A stretch of 64,000 nt of DNA from an uncultured Candidatus Saccharibacteria bacterium. GTDB lineage: Bacteria; Patescibacteriota; Minisyncoccia; Minisyncoccales; PWPS01. The position numbers and the translations under genes are program-made. The stretch covers positions 15,011-79,010 of the forward strand of contig CAZDOR010000003.1 of assembly GCA_964507105.1 (NCBI GenBank), read 5' to 3'. Position 1 is the first letter of the stretch. Each line of letters starts with the position of its first letter. This document shows, one piece after another, positions 55,912-64,000 of the stretch. The notes beneath the pieces were generated by a model, which made no database searches, had not been told where the DNA came from, and was given only the letters and a program-made list of their open reading frames with translations.

Positions 55912-56552
55912 TTTAACAATATTTGTTCATTTTTATCGATTCTTTCTCTAATTTTTTTTCTAATAAATTTGTTTGTTAAGGTAATCGAATCTTTAAAATT
56001 TTGCTGGGTAGGTGATTTCTTTCCCAACCTTGTTTTGAAAGCGATTTCCGGTAACTTTTGAAATTCAAAAAGTTTTAGGTCTCGGGAAGATTCGTAGATA
56101 CTTTCGTATTTAAGAGGGAACTTCTTTTTTTTCATTATGATTAAATTCCTAATTCCGAAAAGTACTGATTTGTAAAACAGTTCGTTTTTTTTCAGTTTGA
56201 ATCCATATAATGCTGTAGAGCAATCAAAATTTATCCTTTCGAGAATTGATAAAATTGTTATTGGCGGTGGGGTGAAATTTTCAACAATTTTTTTTCCGTA
56301 AAGCGTTTTTGCAGTTAGAGACAACTCTCTTAAATAGATATCGACAGGAAAGGGAGTATTAATTTCGTTTCGCTTAAATTTTTTATAATTAAAAAAGAAA
56401 ACGTTTTTAGTGTCATTCTGTTTTTTATTATTGGTTAGCACACCTATTTCCGTGTCACTGTCAACCAAATTATCACCGCGTGCTTTGGATCCGTATAAAA
56501 AAATGGAAACGGGATCGTGTTCTTCTATTAATTTTTCTGTTTTTTTGTTCAT
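55908..56552 (-). CDS. minimal nucleotidyltransferase-fold protein with a helical C-terminal domain
   Basis: SIFLYGSKARGDNLVDSDTEIGVL fits hG[GS]x9-13DxD/E. The C-terminal ~130 aa has no Rx4-6H HEPN motif. ATGA overlap with the MtaB-like gene. Confidence 0.6.
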   Translation of the reverse strand: MNKKTEKLIEEHDPVSIFLYGSKARGDNLVDSDTEIGVLTNNKKQNDTKNVFFFNYKKFKRNEINTPFPVDIYLRELSLTAKTLYGKKIVENFTPPPITILSILERINFDCSTALYGFKLKKNELFYKSVLFGIRNLIIMKKKKFPLKYESIYESSRDLKLFEFQKLPEIAFKTRLGKKSPTQQNFKDSITLTNKFIRKKIRERIDKNEQILLK

Positions 56553-56602
56553 ATATGCTAAACCCCCCTTTCAAACAAAAAAGGAGGGATTCGGAAAAAT
56601 TG

Positions 56603-56675
56603 TGCGTCCGGTAGGATTCGAACCCACGACCTTCTCCTTAAAAGGGAGCTGCTCTACCAACTGAGCTACGGACGC
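56603..56675 (-). tRNA. tRNA-Lys (anticodon UUU), CCA not encoded
   Basis: Hand-folded 73-nt cloverleaf: GCGTCCG/TA/GCTC-AGTTGGTA-GAGC/A/GCTCC-CTTTTAA-GGAGA/AGGTC/GTGGG-TTCGAAT-CCTAC/CGGACGC/A. Anticodon TTT. One G:A mismatch at 27:43. Confidence 0.9.
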
Positions 56676-56688
56676 ATTACCATTACCA

Positions 56689-56717
56689 ACTATATATTTT
56701 TTAAGGCAAAAAGTCAA
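56689..56717 (-). promoter_or_regulatory. sigma70 promoter of tRNA-Lys
   Basis: Minus strand reads TTGACT-17 nt-TATAGT. The -10 ends 13 nt before the mature tRNA 5' end. Confidence 0.65.
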
Positions 56718-56720
56718 CTT

Positions 56721-56749
56721 TAAAAACGGAGGTTGAGAAAGTCTCCGTC
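56721..56749 (-). terminator. terminator of the hrcA-grpE-dnaK-dnaJ operon
   Basis: Minus strand reads ACGGAG / 11-nt loop / CTCCGT, then TTTTT. Confidence 0.65.
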
Positions 56750-56801
56750 AAAAGGCAGTTTATTGATTATTTACTTGTATAATTAACTTTAATTTTATCA
56801 A

Positions 56802-57893
56802 TCAAAGGCCCTTTTCATTCAATTTTTTTAGTAATTTCTTTTGCTCCTTATTAATTTTCTTGGGAACTTCGATATTTAAATCGATATACAAGTCCCCTCT
56901 TTTATATCCGTTTAGCTTTGGCATCCCTTTTCCTGAAAGCTTAATTCTCTTTCCGGAACTTGATCCTTTCGGTACTTTTAAGTTAATTTTTTTAATTGAT
57001 CCGTCGGATTGAAAAACGGGAATTTTTATTTTTCCTCCTAAAACTGCAAGGCTGTATGGAATATCAGTCTCGTGATAGAGGTCATCTTCTTTTCTTTTGA
57101 ATTTACTATTACCTTCAACCCTTATATTGACCAGTAGATCACCGGGAATTGTTCCGGGCCCGGCCACTTGTCCTTTGCCTGAAACTCTTAAGGTTTGCCC
57201 CGACTTTATTCCGGCGGGTACCTTTATTTTTATTTTTTCAATTCTTTCCTCCCATCCCTTACCGTCACAGTCATCACATTCCTTTGCCGGCACTTCTCCG
57301 GATCCTTTACATTCCGGGCAAGTTGTAGTTTGGGAGAAATTACCCAGGATTGTTCTTGTTTGCTTTTTTATTTTTCCTCGCCCCTCACATTTTGAGCAAG
57401 TTTTCATATTCGTCCCCGGTTTCGCCCCCGTTCCATCACAAGTTTTACATTCAGCCCTTTTTTTCAGGGATTTTTTTTGTTCGGTTCCGGTAAAAGCTTC
57501 TTTTAGAGAAATTGAAATATCAATTTTTATATCTTTTCCTTTCGGTTTTTTTGACCGTTTAGCGGAGCCCTGAAACCCACCTCCGAAAAATTCTCCGAAT
57601 ATATCTCCCAGGTCTTCAAAATCAAAATTCGCTTGCCTGAAATCACCTTGAAAACCACCTTGTGATCCGAAACCTCTTCCTTTTTTAGCTCCGGCTTTTC
57701 CAAACTGATCGTATCTTTTTCTTTTTTCTTCATCTGAAAGAACTTGATAGGCTTCATTTATTTTTTTGAATTTCTCTTCGTCCCCTCCCTTGTCCGGATG
57801 GTGTTTGTGAGCTTTTTTTCTATAGGCTTTTTTTATTTCTTCTTGGCTGGCATCTTTGGATACTCCCAATATATCGTAATAGTTTTCATTCAT
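56802..57893 (-). CDS. dnaJ: molecular chaperone DnaJ
   Basis: J domain YYDILGV..HHPDK, a G/F region, and four CxxCxGxG zinc-finger repeats. 363 aa. Confidence 0.95.
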   Translation of the reverse strand: MNENYYDILGVSKDASQEEIKKAYRKKAHKHHPDKGGDEEKFKKINEAYQVLSDEEKRKRYDQFGKAGAKKGRGFGSQGGFQGDFRQANFDFEDLGDIFGEFFGGGFQGSAKRSKKPKGKDIKIDISISLKEAFTGTEQKKSLKKRAECKTCDGTGAKPGTNMKTCSKCEGRGKIKKQTRTILGNFSQTTTCPECKGSGEVPAKECDDCDGKGWEERIEKIKIKVPAGIKSGQTLRVSGKGQVAGPGTIPGDLLVNIRVEGNSKFKRKEDDLYHETDIPYSLAVLGGKIKIPVFQSDGSIKKINLKVPKGSSSGKRIKLSGKGMPKLNGYKRGDLYIDLNIEVPKKINKEQKKLLKKLNEKGL

Positions 57894-57905
57894 TTGTTTA
57901 TTTTT

Positions 57906-57933
57906 TAAAAAAAACCCCCGGAAGACCGGGGGC
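57906..57933 (-). terminator. strong GC hairpin plus T8 between dnaK and dnaJ (intra-operon attenuator/terminator)
   Basis: Minus strand reads CCCCCGG / TCTT loop / CCGGGGG, followed by TTTTTTTT. dnaJ ATG is 13 nt further on. Confidence 0.75.
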
Positions 57934-57946
57934 GATCTTTGTCAAC

Positions 57947-59863
57947 TTAGTTTTCTTCGTCTTCTTCTATCTCTCCCTCTTCTATGTCTTCTTCAGCGCT
58001 ATTTTCCTCATTAGTTTCTGCTTGTTCTTTTTGTTGTTGCTCGTATATTTTTGCACCTATTTTTTGAACCTTTTCAGAAAGTTCCTCAACCTTTTCTTTT
58101 ATCTCTTCTGCTTTTTCAACATCATCGGTCTCTTTTAATTCTTCCAACTCTTCCAGTTCTTCCTCTATTTCCTCTAAATCGGATTTGGAAAAATCATCTC
58201 CCATTTCTTTTTTTGTCTTTTCAAAACTATAGATTAGCGATTCGGCTTCAGTTTTAGCATCCAATAATTCTTCTTTCTTTTTATCTTCTTCCGCGTGTTC
58301 TTCAGCTTCCTTCTTCATTTTTTCAATTTCCTCATCAGAAAGTCCGCACGACCCCTCTATTCTTATAGATTGTTCTTTACCGGTTCCTTTATCTTTGGCT
58401 GATACATTCAAAATACCGTTGGCATTTATGTCAAAAGTCACTTCTATTTGAGGAACTCCTCTGGGGGCGGGTGGTATACCGTCCAGGATGAATTGTCCCA
58501 AAGATTTATTGTCTTTTGCCATGGGACGCTCACCTTGAAGCACATGTATCTGAACCGAAGTTTGGTTGTCGGCTGCAGTAGAAAAAGTTTCCGCTTCGGA
58601 AGCAGGTATCGTTGTGTTTTTTTCTATTAGTTTTGTGAATTTACCTCCGAGAGTTTCGATTCCCAGGGAAAGTGGTGTTACGTCCAAAAGAAGCACATCT
58701 TTGACGTCTCCACCGATAATTCCTCCTTGAACCGCCGCACCAACAGCAACCACCTCATCCGGATTTATTTCCTTATTCGGCTCCTTATCAAAAACTTTTT
58801 TTATTTTTTCTTGTATTAGGGGTGTTCTGGTTTGCCCCCCTACCAAAACTATCTCATCAATTTCATTTGCAGAAAAACCCGATTCTTTTAAAGTTTTCTT
58901 GGTCATTTCAATTGATTTTTCTACGAACTCTTCTACTAAACTTTCGAATTTCGATCTGGAAAGTGAGTAATTCAAATGCTTCGGACCGTCTTCGTCGGAA
59001 GTGACGAAAGGAATATTTATTTCTGACTTTTTGGTTGAAGAAAGTTCTATTTTAGCCTTTTCAGCTGCTTCTTTCATTCTTTGCAAAGCGAGTTTGTCTT
59101 TGGAAAGATCAACTCCATTTTCATTTTTAAATTTTTCAATCATCCAGTCCAAAATTGCATTATCAAAATCTTCTCCTCCCAAATGACTATCTCCACCACT
59201 TGCCTGAACTTCAATTGTGTCATCACCTACTTCAAGTACTGAGACGTCAAAAGTGCCGCCTCCGAAATCGTACACCAAGACTTTTTTGTCTTGTTTCTGA
59301 TTTAACCCGTAAGCTAAAGCTGCTGCCGTCGGCTCATTAATTACCCTTTTTACATCGAATCCTGCAATTTCTCCGGCTACTTTAGTCGCTTTTCTTTGTG
59401 AATCGTCAAAGTAAGCGGGAACGGTAATTATCGCTTCAGTTATTTTTTCTCCCAGCTTCTCTTCAGCGTCTTTTTTTAATTTTTGAAGAATCATTGCAGA
59501 TATTTCAGGAACCTTTTTCCAATCATCATCGAATTTGATTTCTACACCCTCTCCATCCTTTTCCTTTCTTATTTCATACGGGAGGTTGTCCTTACTTTTT
59601 TTAACTTCTTCACTGTCATAATGTCTGCCGATAAGTCTTTTTGCGGCAAAGATAGTATTTTCCGGATTGGTTACTTGTTGCCTTCTGGCAATGGATCCCA
59701 CTAACCGTTCACCCTTTTTACTCATCGCAACAACCGAAGGTGTAGTTCGGTCTCCTTCTTGATTTTCTAAAATCTCCGCATCTCCCTCTTTTGTTATCGC
59801 CATTGCTGAAAATGTAGTTCCCAAATCTATTCCTAAAATTTTACCCATGTTTGTATGACTCAC
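57947..59863 (-). CDS. dnaK: molecular chaperone DnaK (Hsp70)
   Basis: [32 protein letters not shown], and an acidic C-terminal tail. 638 aa. Confidence 0.95.
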   Translation of the reverse strand: MSHTNMGKILGIDLGTTFSAMAITKEGDAEILENQEGDRTTPSVVAMSKKGERLVGSIARRQQVTNPENTIFAAKRLIGRHYDSEEVKKSKDNLPYEIRKEKDGEGVEIKFDDDWKKVPEISAMILQKLKKDAEEKLGEKITEAIITVPAYFDDSQRKATKVAGEIAGFDVKRVINEPTAAALAYGLNQKQDKKVLVYDFGGGTFDVSVLEVGDDTIEVQASGGDSHLGGEDFDNAILDWMIEKFKNENGVDLSKDKLALQRMKEAAEKAKIELSSTKKSEINIPFVTSDEDGPKHLNYSLSRSKFESLVEEFVEKSIEMTKKTLKESGFSANEIDEIVLVGGQTRTPLIQEKIKKVFDKEPNKEINPDEVVAVGAAVQGGIIGGDVKDVLLLDVTPLSLGIETLGGKFTKLIEKNTTIPASEAETFSTAADNQTSVQIHVLQGERPMAKDNKSLGQFILDGIPPAPRGVPQIEVTFDINANGILNVSAKDKGTGKEQSIRIEGSCGLSDEEIEKMKKEAEEHAEEDKKKEELLDAKTEAESLIYSFEKTKKEMGDDFSKSDLEEIEEELEELEELKETDDVEKAEEIKEKVEELSEKVQKIGAKIYEQQQKEQAETNEENSAEEDIEEGEIEEDEEN

Positions 59864-59899
59864 GGCTTAAATTCACCGCTTGTCGGTTAATGTTTAATA

Positions 59900-60397
59900 T
59901 TATTTAGCAACTTTTACTTTTGCCGGACGCAATAATTCGCCGTTTAAAAGATATCCCTTTTTTATCTCTGATATTATTGTACCTGACTCTTTTTCCGATT
60001 CGACCATCACCACTGCTTCATGTAAATTTGGATCGAACTTTTCACCTATGGAATCAACAGCCTCCAATCCGTAGTTTTTCAAAATATTCATCAGTTGTTT
60101 CTTTATTTTTAAAAAGCCTTGAATGCAGTCATCTCCCTTTTTTTCTTCCGGTATGTTATCTTCGGCCAATTCAAAATTATCAATAACTTCCAATATTTCT
60201 TTTATAAATTTTTCTTTTTCCCTTTTTTTTATTTTTGCGGCTCTTGCCTTCTCATTTTTCTTGTAATTCATATAGTCGGCTCTCGCTCTTTTCCAACCCT
60301 CTAAATATTCATCACGCTCCCTCTCTAACTTCTCTATGAGGCTATTTTTATTTTTCTCCTCCCTCTTTTTTTCTTCCTGTGTTTTTTTCTTTTCCAT
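59900..60397 (-). CDS. grpE: nucleotide exchange factor GrpE
   Basis: Coiled-coil N-terminus, RARADYMNYKKN, FDPNLHEAV, and a beta C-terminus. Sits between hrcA and dnaK. Confidence 0.9.
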   Translation of the reverse strand: MEKKKTQEEKKREEKNKNSLIEKLERERDEYLEGWKRARADYMNYKKNEKARAAKIKKREKEKFIKEILEVIDNFELAEDNIPEEKKGDDCIQGFLKIKKQLMNILKNYGLEAVDSIGEKFDPNLHEAVVMVESEKESGTIISEIKKGYLLNGELLRPAKVKVAK

Positions 60398-61115
60398 AAC
60401 CGTCTTCCAATAATTTTACTAATGAATTAATTAACGAAATATTTTTATCGTAAGCCATCCTTTTTGGACCCAGCAAAGCAACAATCGCTTGTCTATCCTT
60501 TGACAGCCTACATTTGGAAATTAAAATTGAAAAATCTTTAATTTGAAAGGGATTTTCTTTTCCTATATAGACTTTAATTTCATTGTTTTCTATTTTATTT
60601 GAAAATCTTTTTTGTAGCTGTTTTTCGAATTTTTTTGTTAAGTCTAAAAAGGAATGCAATCTTTCGATATCTTCAAATTCGGGATAAAGCAAAGTTTCTT
60701 CAAAGCCCTCTTTCCAATAAAGATCCTTATCCGTTAAGTAAGAATAAGTTAGTGAGCTGGACAAACCGGCTAAAAGACAAGTTAACTCCCTGAGAAATCT
60801 AATTTCATCCTTCATCCTTCTTTCCATTCTTTGCACCTTCTCTTTTATTTGTTGACGAGGAGGAGGTCTTTTTCCCAGAATTTTATTCACAAAGTACCTG
60901 TAACCCTTATCCGAAGGAACTCTACCCGCTGAACTGTGGGGTTGCTCTAAATATCCCTCTTCCACTAATTTTTTCAGATCATTTCTGATCGTTGCCGGAG
61001 AGACGCCCAGTTCATAGTTTTCTTCTATGTGTCTTGAACTAACCGGCTCGGCTAAATCTATATATTCTCTAATTACTATCTCCAGAATTATCCATTGTCT
61101 TTTAGTTATGCTCAT
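60348..61115 (-). CDS. hrcA: heat-inducible transcription repressor HrcA (short form)
   Basis: LAEPVSSRHIEENYELGVSPATIRNDLKKLVEEGYLEQPHSSAGRVPSDKGYRYFV. The ATG at 61115 is preferred because the track start (61142) lies 1 nt after the predicted -10 hexamer. Confidence 0.85.
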   Translation of the reverse strand: MSITKRQWIILEIVIREYIDLAEPVSSRHIEENYELGVSPATIRNDLKKLVEEGYLEQPHSSAGRVPSDKGYRYFVNKILGKRPPPRQQIKEKVQRMERRMKDEIRFLRELTCLLAGLSSSLTYSYLTDKDLYWKEGFEETLLYPEFEDIERLHSFLDLTKKFEKQLQKRFSNKIENNEIKVYIGKENPFQIKDFSILISKCRLSKDRQAIVALLGPKRMAYDKNISLINSLVKLLEDGYGKEKNTGRKKEGGEK

Positions 61116-61143
61116 AAAAAAAGATGACCATCTTCTGGTCATA

Positions 61144-61172
61144 ATAATAAAAAATTAGCAGACGAATGTCAA
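61144..61172 (-). promoter_or_regulatory. sigma70 promoter of the hrcA operon, interleaved with the CIRCE element
   Basis: Minus strand reads TTGACA-17 nt-TATTAT. The -35 lies in the CIRCE spacer. Confidence 0.55.
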
Positions 61173-61181
61173 GAGTGATAA
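61155..61181. promoter_or_regulatory. CIRCE-like HrcA operator
   Basis: Minus strand reads TTATCACTC-N9-GTCTGCTAA, against the consensus TTAGCACTC-N9-GAGTGCTAA (15 of 18 arm positions match). Located directly upstream of hrcA. Confidence 0.65.
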
Positions 61182-61217
61182 TTATTTATTGAAAGTTTAC
61201 AAGTTATATTGAGGGAT

Positions 61218-62915
61218 TTAGATGAACTCTATTTTTTTTAGTGATTTCAAGGTAACTTTTTTAAATATTACGGAAATTATTATTGATAAAGAAATGAACA
61301 CGGCAATAAGAAAGTAGCTCCCCGTGCTTAAAAAGCGATAAAGCAAATAAGCACCGAAAACACTGTAGGTTAATGAGGTTATTATAAAGGCTATACCCGG
61401 CGCTGAAGTACTTAGTTTTTGAGGGTCGTCGGTCTTGAAATTTGCAAAAATAGTACCTATTGAAAGCCCGATTATGGTTAAAGTAGGTACTCCGATCAGA
61501 ATCATCAAAAGAGAAGCGGTAACTATCTCCGGAGCTATTGTCAGTGGAATAACATAAATCGACAAAGCTATTAAGCCGATTACGACCAGCAATACCCCGT
61601 AAAAGTATAATTTTGCATCAAATATTTTCTTCAAGTTTATCGGGGCGGCACCGATTATCCAGGAAGTACTTCCCTCTTGACTGAATGCGGGAAAAACGAA
61701 TCGCAGAACAAATGCGCTTATAAAGAAAAATATAACACCGAGTTGTAAGCTGGGCGTCGCTCCCGCCGAAGCCATTTCGTGGCTGGCTCCAATGCCCGTA
61801 TAAGTTTCCAAAAGATTCACTACTCCCACTTGCGCAAGCATCAATAACATAAGAAAAGAAAACCAGAATATATTTTGAGGAGAGCGAATTGAAGTTAAAA
61901 ATTCTTTTTTAAAGATAACTCCAACTGCTGTTTTCGGTGTTCTTCCTTTGATTATTTTTCTGGGTTCATTTTCTTTTTTATTTTTCGCCTCGAAGGACCC
62001 TTCTTGAAAAGTTTGCCAAATATACAAATATTTGTTTTTTAGTAATTCAAAAATAATTAGGGAGCCGGCAAACATTCCGAAAACTATACCAAAGTATTTA
62101 AAGCTCTCTTGAAAAGACTCATTAAGTTTATGTATGACCATGGCGGCAAAATGAGAAGGAAAAATTGAAAAGTTTTCTTTCATTGCATTCAGTTTGGGAT
62201 CCAAAGCTTCTTCTACTTGAAAAATTTCGGCTATATCGACAGCCACTACTCTGCTCCAAGCCAAAATACCGAGTCCGACGGTTATAACCCCCATTCCCGC
62301 GGCCAGCAATTTAAAGCTTTTTATCTTAGCTAACTTCATCAAGGAAGCGAGAAAAAAAGTGAGGATTATTGCTGAAGATCCCGAGAATAAACTAAAAACT
62401 ATTATTGTTGCCAAAGCAAGAATAAATCCGGGAGCTGATAAACTAAAGGTAGATTGAATTGCTAAAAGAAGTGGAATCGCTAAAATAACTATGGGCCACG
62501 ACGAATCGAATAGAGCGCGAAAAAACTTTATTCGAGGCAGGCTATTGTAACTTGGAGAGGACATTATCCATGCATCCGTACTTTCTTTGAAAAAATTAAA
62601 GAGACCGAATATTACGGTGCTTGCGAATATTAAAAACCCGATTAGCAGTAAAAATAATTGGTAGATGTAGAGAGGGCCGGCTTTCATTACGAACTCATCC
62701 TCTTCCACTTGTGTCAATCCAAGACCTTCTCTTGTCAGTATATATATTCCGGCAGCCAACAGAAAAACCATTATGGCCATCAAAAAGGTAACGATCAGGC
62801 GAGATTTGGTATTATTTTCAAAATAGCGCTGAAATTTCTTTAGATAGTAACCGATAAATTTTTTAAGCATTGCTACTGAAATGGTGATAAATTTGTAAAA
62901 GCGAGGCGTTCTCAT
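61218..62915 (-). CDS. ABC exporter permease, polytopic
   Basis: About 12 hydrophobic helices. Follows and overlaps the ATPase gene. The likely start is the Met at 62870, which gives an 8-nt overlap. Confidence 0.6.
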   Translation of the reverse strand: MRTPRFYKFITISVAMLKKFIGYYLKKFQRYFENNTKSRLIVTFLMAIMVFLLAAGIYILTREGLGLTQVEEDEFVMKAGPLYIYQLFLLLIGFLIFASTVIFGLFNFFKESTDAWIMSSPSYNSLPRIKFFRALFDSSWPIVILAIPLLLAIQSTFSLSAPGFILALATIIVFSLFSGSSAIILTFFLASLMKLAKIKSFKLLAAGMGVITVGLGILAWSRVVAVDIAEIFQVEEALDPKLNAMKENFSIFPSHFAAMVIHKLNESFQESFKYFGIVFGMFAGSLIIFELLKNKYLYIWQTFQEGSFEAKNKKENEPRKIIKGRTPKTAVGVIFKKEFLTSIRSPQNIFWFSFLMLLMLAQVGVVNLLETYTGIGASHEMASAGATPSLQLGVIFFFISAFVLRFVFPAFSQEGSTSWIIGAAPINLKKIFDAKLYFYGVLLVVIGLIALSIYVIPLTIAPEIVTASLLMILIGVPTLTIIGLSIGTIFANFKTDDPQKLSTSAPGIAFIITSLTYSVFGAYLLYRFLSTGSYFLIAVFISLSIIISVIFKKVTLKSLKKIEFI

Positions 62916-63588
62916 TATTCATTTTACTTCTCATTTCTTCGATTGATCCGGTCTCGACTAATTTTCCTTCATGTAGAACGCCCACTCGTGAGGAATGTTT
63001 TTCAGCCACCGGTAGTGTGTGGGTAGCCATAAAAATTGACCCTCCTTTTTCCACAAAATCGGACAATAGTCTCATGGCCGTTTCTGCGGATTGTGGATCG
63101 AGTCCCACGATCGGTTCGTCAACCAAAATAAGGTCCGGTTCATGCATAAGTGCAGCTAATATTGTGAACTTTTGTTTATTTCCTCTTGAGTAGTTTTCAT
63201 AATATTTCTTTTCAATCCCTTTCAGTTCAAAGTGTGAAAGAAGTTCGGGTAGTTTACTTTTGATTTCCGATTCGGATAATCCATAGAGAGTACCGGAAAA
63301 TTCCAAAAATTCTTCTCCGGTTATATGACTCCATATCTTTGGTTCGTCCGGAATGTATCCTATTTTTGCTTTTGTCAGGGCAGGAGCCTCTTTAACACTG
63401 TTTTCGTCAATTAAAATATCTCCTTTTGTCGGATGAAGGAGGCCCAAGATATTTTTTATTATTGTAGTTTTACCCGAGCCATTCGGTCCGATTATGGAAA
63501 AAAACTCACCCCTTTTTACTTCCAGATTTATATTTTTTACTGCAGTAAAATTTCCGAATTTTTTTGTTAAATTTTTTATTTTAAGCAT
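62863..63588 (-). CDS. ABC transporter ATP-binding protein
   Basis: Walker A GPNGSGKTT, signature YSRGNKQK, Walker B LILVDEP, H-loop ATHTL. Confidence 0.85.
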   Translation of the reverse strand: MLKIKNLTKKFGNFTAVKNINLEVKRGEFFSIIGPNGSGKTTIIKNILGLLHPTKGDILIDENSVKEAPALTKAKIGYIPDEPKIWSHITGEEFLEFSGTLYGLSESEIKSKLPELLSHFELKGIEKKYYENYSRGNKQKFTILAALMHEPDLILVDEPIVGLDPQSAETAMRLLSDFVEKGGSIFMATHTLPVAEKHSSRVGVLHEGKLVETGSIEEMRSKMNNENASLLQIYHHFSSNA

Positions 63589-64000
63589 GCTTTAAATATT
63601 TTTGAATTAAATTTTCGGTTTCCAAAACAAAACTGTTTCCGTGTCCCGGGTATATTTTGGTTCCCGCCCGAACAAAGGTTGATAATTTTTTAAGGGATTT
63701 TCTCATTTCGGATTTGGATCCCCCGGGAAGATCAACTCTGCCATGATCATTCTGAAAGATAGTATCTCCCGTAAACATTACCTCATTGGCAAGCAGACAA
63801 ATACAGTCTTCTTTATGTCCGGGGGTCCTTATTGCCTTTAATTGATAATCAATTTTGTTAATTATATATGAATCGGGCAAGTATTGCAAGATATCCAGAT
63901 TGTATTTATCAGCTAACTGTTTATTGGCTCCGATGTGATCAAAATGAGTATGTGTGTTTATTATACAGGCCGGATTTAATCCGATTTTTTCTATTTTTTT
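63581..64000 (-). CDS. MBL-fold metallo-hydrolase (5' end outside the window)
   Basis: The frame stays open to the window edge. My upstream translation gives NTHTHFDHIG (HxHxDH), then TPGHKEDCICLL, TGDTIF, GRVDLPGGS. The track start at 63889 is an internal TTG. Confidence 0.75.
   Translation of the reverse strand, partial: KKIEKIGLNPACIINTHTHFDHIGANKQLADKYNLDILQYLPDSYIINKIDYQLKAIRTPGHKEDCICLLANEVMFTGDTIFQNDHGRVDLPGGSKSEMRKSLKKLSTFVRAGTKIYPGHGNSFVLETENLIQKYLKHA

Noticed and set aside
56410-56664. 84-aa plus-strand ORF
   Set aside because: It runs antisense through the NTase gene start and across most of the tRNA-Lys gene. It is an artefact of an open frame.
57097-57573. 158-aa ORF on the plus strand
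   Set aside because: It is fully antisense to the strongly supported dnaJ gene. Its Pro/Ser/Phe-rich low-complexity translation is what the reverse complement of the Gly/Lys/Cys-rich DnaJ coding sequence produces.
57935-57940. TTGACA hexamer right after the dnaK stop, as a possible dnaJ promoter
   Set aside because: No -10-like hexamer lies at 16-19 nt. The intervening sequence is the GC hairpin of the terminator.
1-64000. Looked for CRISPR arrays, IS elements/transposases, prophage genes, rRNA and an alternative genetic code
   Set aside because: I noticed no spaced direct-repeat arrays. The only recombinase is a housekeeping-type XerC/D with no flanking repeats. Long conserved genes are intact under the standard code, and TGA is used as a stop (for example at 35276, 35760 and 27232), so there is no evidence for UGA recoding.

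Overview
The window is AT-rich and very densely packed, with about 74 protein genes and one tRNA. Most junctions between genes are short gaps or stop/start overlaps. The content looks like the core chromosome of a small-genome, anaerobic, peptidoglycan-bearing bacterium. A Patescibacteria/CPR-like origin is my inference and is not proven. I saw no rRNA, CRISPR array, transposase or prophage hallmark. Recognisable blocks:
- DNA repair: two UvrD-type helicases (one fused to a RecB-type nuclease), dinB, a DnaQ-like exonuclease, xseA, xseB, a Cas4-like Fe-S nuclease and a family-4 UDG.
- Cell wall: ddl, murC, and a response regulator-dac-mraY-murD-ftsW-murG block.
- Heat shock: hrcA-grpE-dnaK-dnaJ, preceded by a CIRCE-like operator.
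- Translation and tRNA modification: truB, tsaC, fmt, an MtaB-like methylthiotransferase, rpmA, rplI and tRNA-Lys(UUU).
- Isoprenoid genes (idi, polyprenyl synthase), ion channels and antiporters, and an ABC exporter.
Candidates for something new, most interesting first:
1. A five-gene, end-to-end overlapping operon (34531-37835, minus strand). The radical SAM / Memo-like / AMMECR1 'AmmeMemoRadiSam' trio is interrupted by a 96-aa basic protein and extended by a protein that carries only a recombinase core-binding domain.
2. A tRNA-Lys(UUU) gene apparently co-transcribed with a nucleotidyltransferase, an MtaB-like enzyme and a 304-aa protein with a possible PD-(D/E)XK-like motif.
3. A cassette of two DUF362 genes plus DUF167 and PIG-L genes, preceded by an unusually long 362-bp non-coding region that has its own promoter-like element.
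4. An unknown 358-aa Cys4 protein coupled to xseAB.
Several consensus sigma70-type promoters sit 6-15 nt from start codons, which suggests frequent leaderless or near-leaderless mRNAs. All coordinates of small elements were indexed by hand. Protein family calls rest on motifs read from the translations, not on database searches.
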